Source: Octopus sinensis (lineage: Eukaryota). Taken from it: a DNA stretch of 64,000 nucleotides. The stretch lies in contig NW_021833041.1 in the NCBI RefSeq assembly GCF_006345805.1, forward strand, positions 124,001-188,000, in the 5' to 3' direction. Shown here in pieces: positions 62,915 to 64,000 of the stretch (its first letter is position 1; every line of letters starts with the position of its first letter). The notes under the pieces are model-generated. The model ran no database searches. It worked only from the letters and a program-made list of their open reading frames with translations, and was not told the DNA's origin. Both the position numbers and the translations under genes were made by a program.

Positions 62915-63562
62915 TCACAATATATATTTTGAACTTGAATGTATTAAAAAGTCAATATTGTAATCCATAAAATCGGTAGGAATATTGTCGAATATTTGTT
63001 CTTCAAAAGCTAATGATATTGTGTGTGGTATTTTTGGAAGACTCCAAGAATGTAAATATTTATCATAATATCCTAATCCACGCCCCATTCTTTTTCCTTT
63101 AAGGGTAAAAGCGACTCCAGGAACTACAAGTAAATCAAGTCCTTGAGTATGCTGTTATTAAGAAAACCTAATTTTGTAGTATCTTGTTTATCATTGATTT
63201 CATTGTGCTGTCTAAATTTTAAACAGCTCAGAGATAATGATTGATAATCTTTTAAACCTTCCAATTTTACGATTTTCATTGGGCCATGTTTTGGACAATA
63301 AGGAATAAAACAATTCTTCTGATCATTAAGAGCACTCTTTATAATGTAGTCAGTTGAAATTTCACTTGAAACGCTAACATAAAATCCAATATTTTTAGAA
63401 TTTCTATATAGCTTGCTATTTAAGAACTAAACAATGAAGTATATATTAAAATACTTTTTCAGAAACAATTTTTGCTTGCTCTAGTCTTTTACTTTTATCA
63501 ATGTTTAGAATATCTTTCAAAACTTTTTTTCTGAACTCATTTTTCGATACATTGAAATACAT
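62915..63562 (-). CDS. MTHFS: 5-formyltetrahydrofolate cyclo-ligase, spliced
   Basis: Manual translation MYFNVSKNEFRKKV...EK|FLNSKLYRNSKNIGFYVS..SEISTD...CFIP...|QGLDLLVVPGVAFTLKGKRMGRGLGYYDKYL...LAFEEQIFDNIP; absent from the ORF track. Confidence 0.9.
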
Positions 63563-63855
63563 AACAATAAACCACAAGGTTGAGTATTTTTGAATAAATT
63601 ATAATCTGTTATAAAATATATTACCAAATGAAACTAATGGTTAAAATATTTGGTTTTTTAACAAATGTATGATCACAAATCGAAATTCATCGACAAAATT
63701 TATTGAGATGAGAAAATTATGACCTTCAATTAAAATCGTCAACCTTTAGCTTTTTTGCCTCCTTATGATGGTTATGATAAAGAACATGGAATGTTTTTCT
63801 TCTTTTATTATGATTAGGTGTTCATTTGATTGGTGAGAACAGAAAAAAGAAAGTA

Positions 63856-64000
63856 CAGTTCGACCTCTAAATGGGGCACTAAGTGCCTCAAATCAGAGGT
63901 TTCCCCAAAAAAGAGGTTTTTCAAAAAGCTCAATAAATAAAGAAAAAGAACATTATTTTTTAAAATAATCAGTTAATTTTTCTCCATATTTATATTTATT
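63856..64000 (-). mobile_element. Right end of a second Tigger copy (runs off the window)
   Basis: Reverse complement reads identical to 58740-58884; preceded by TA. Confidence 0.93.

Noticed and set aside
1-64000. Window being a microsporidian or myxozoan genome, or using a non-standard genetic code
   Set aside because: Intron-dense genes and a protostome-type cytoplasmic IF argue against both taxa. The host genes I checked splice into open frames under the standard code, and in-frame stops were seen only in TE relics.

Overview
This is eukaryotic, strongly AT-rich animal DNA, not prokaryotic: I found no rRNA, tRNA or CRISPR. Compact host genes are split by miniature GT-AG introns, mostly 24-30 nt with a degenerate GTT-rich donor. 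Recognisable genes are bystin, mitochondrial intermediate peptidase, a protostome-type cytoplasmic intermediate filament, CTP synthase, a RING protein, adenylate kinase, SYAP1 and MTHFS, plus several unidentified genes. The cytoplasmic IF and the tiny introns point to a genome-reduced spiralian, with a dicyemid as one candidate (inference). Much of the window is transposable elements: three non-autonomous Helitrons carrying a 95-bp tandem array (two form a ~4.4-kb head-to-head palindrome), about 12 CRE-clade retrotransposon insertions, 5 R4-like fragments, APE-type LINE relics, Tc1, pogo/Tigger, hAT, Merlin, a TG..CA MITE and a Ginger/KRBA2-type integrase family. The most notable signals are: (i) a twin-priming-type 5' inversion in a CRE element with a 12-bp TSD, plus two other CRE insertions fused head-to-head to pieces of unrelated elements, which suggests priming from both target strands; (ii) a multi-copy Ginger-like integrase carrying host-style 25-32 nt micro-introns and hosting four nested insertions; (iii) R4-like elements resembling microsporidian ones. 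Frequent homopolymer indels suggest some frameshifts may be long-read errors. Many TE boundaries without a TIR or TSD are approximate.
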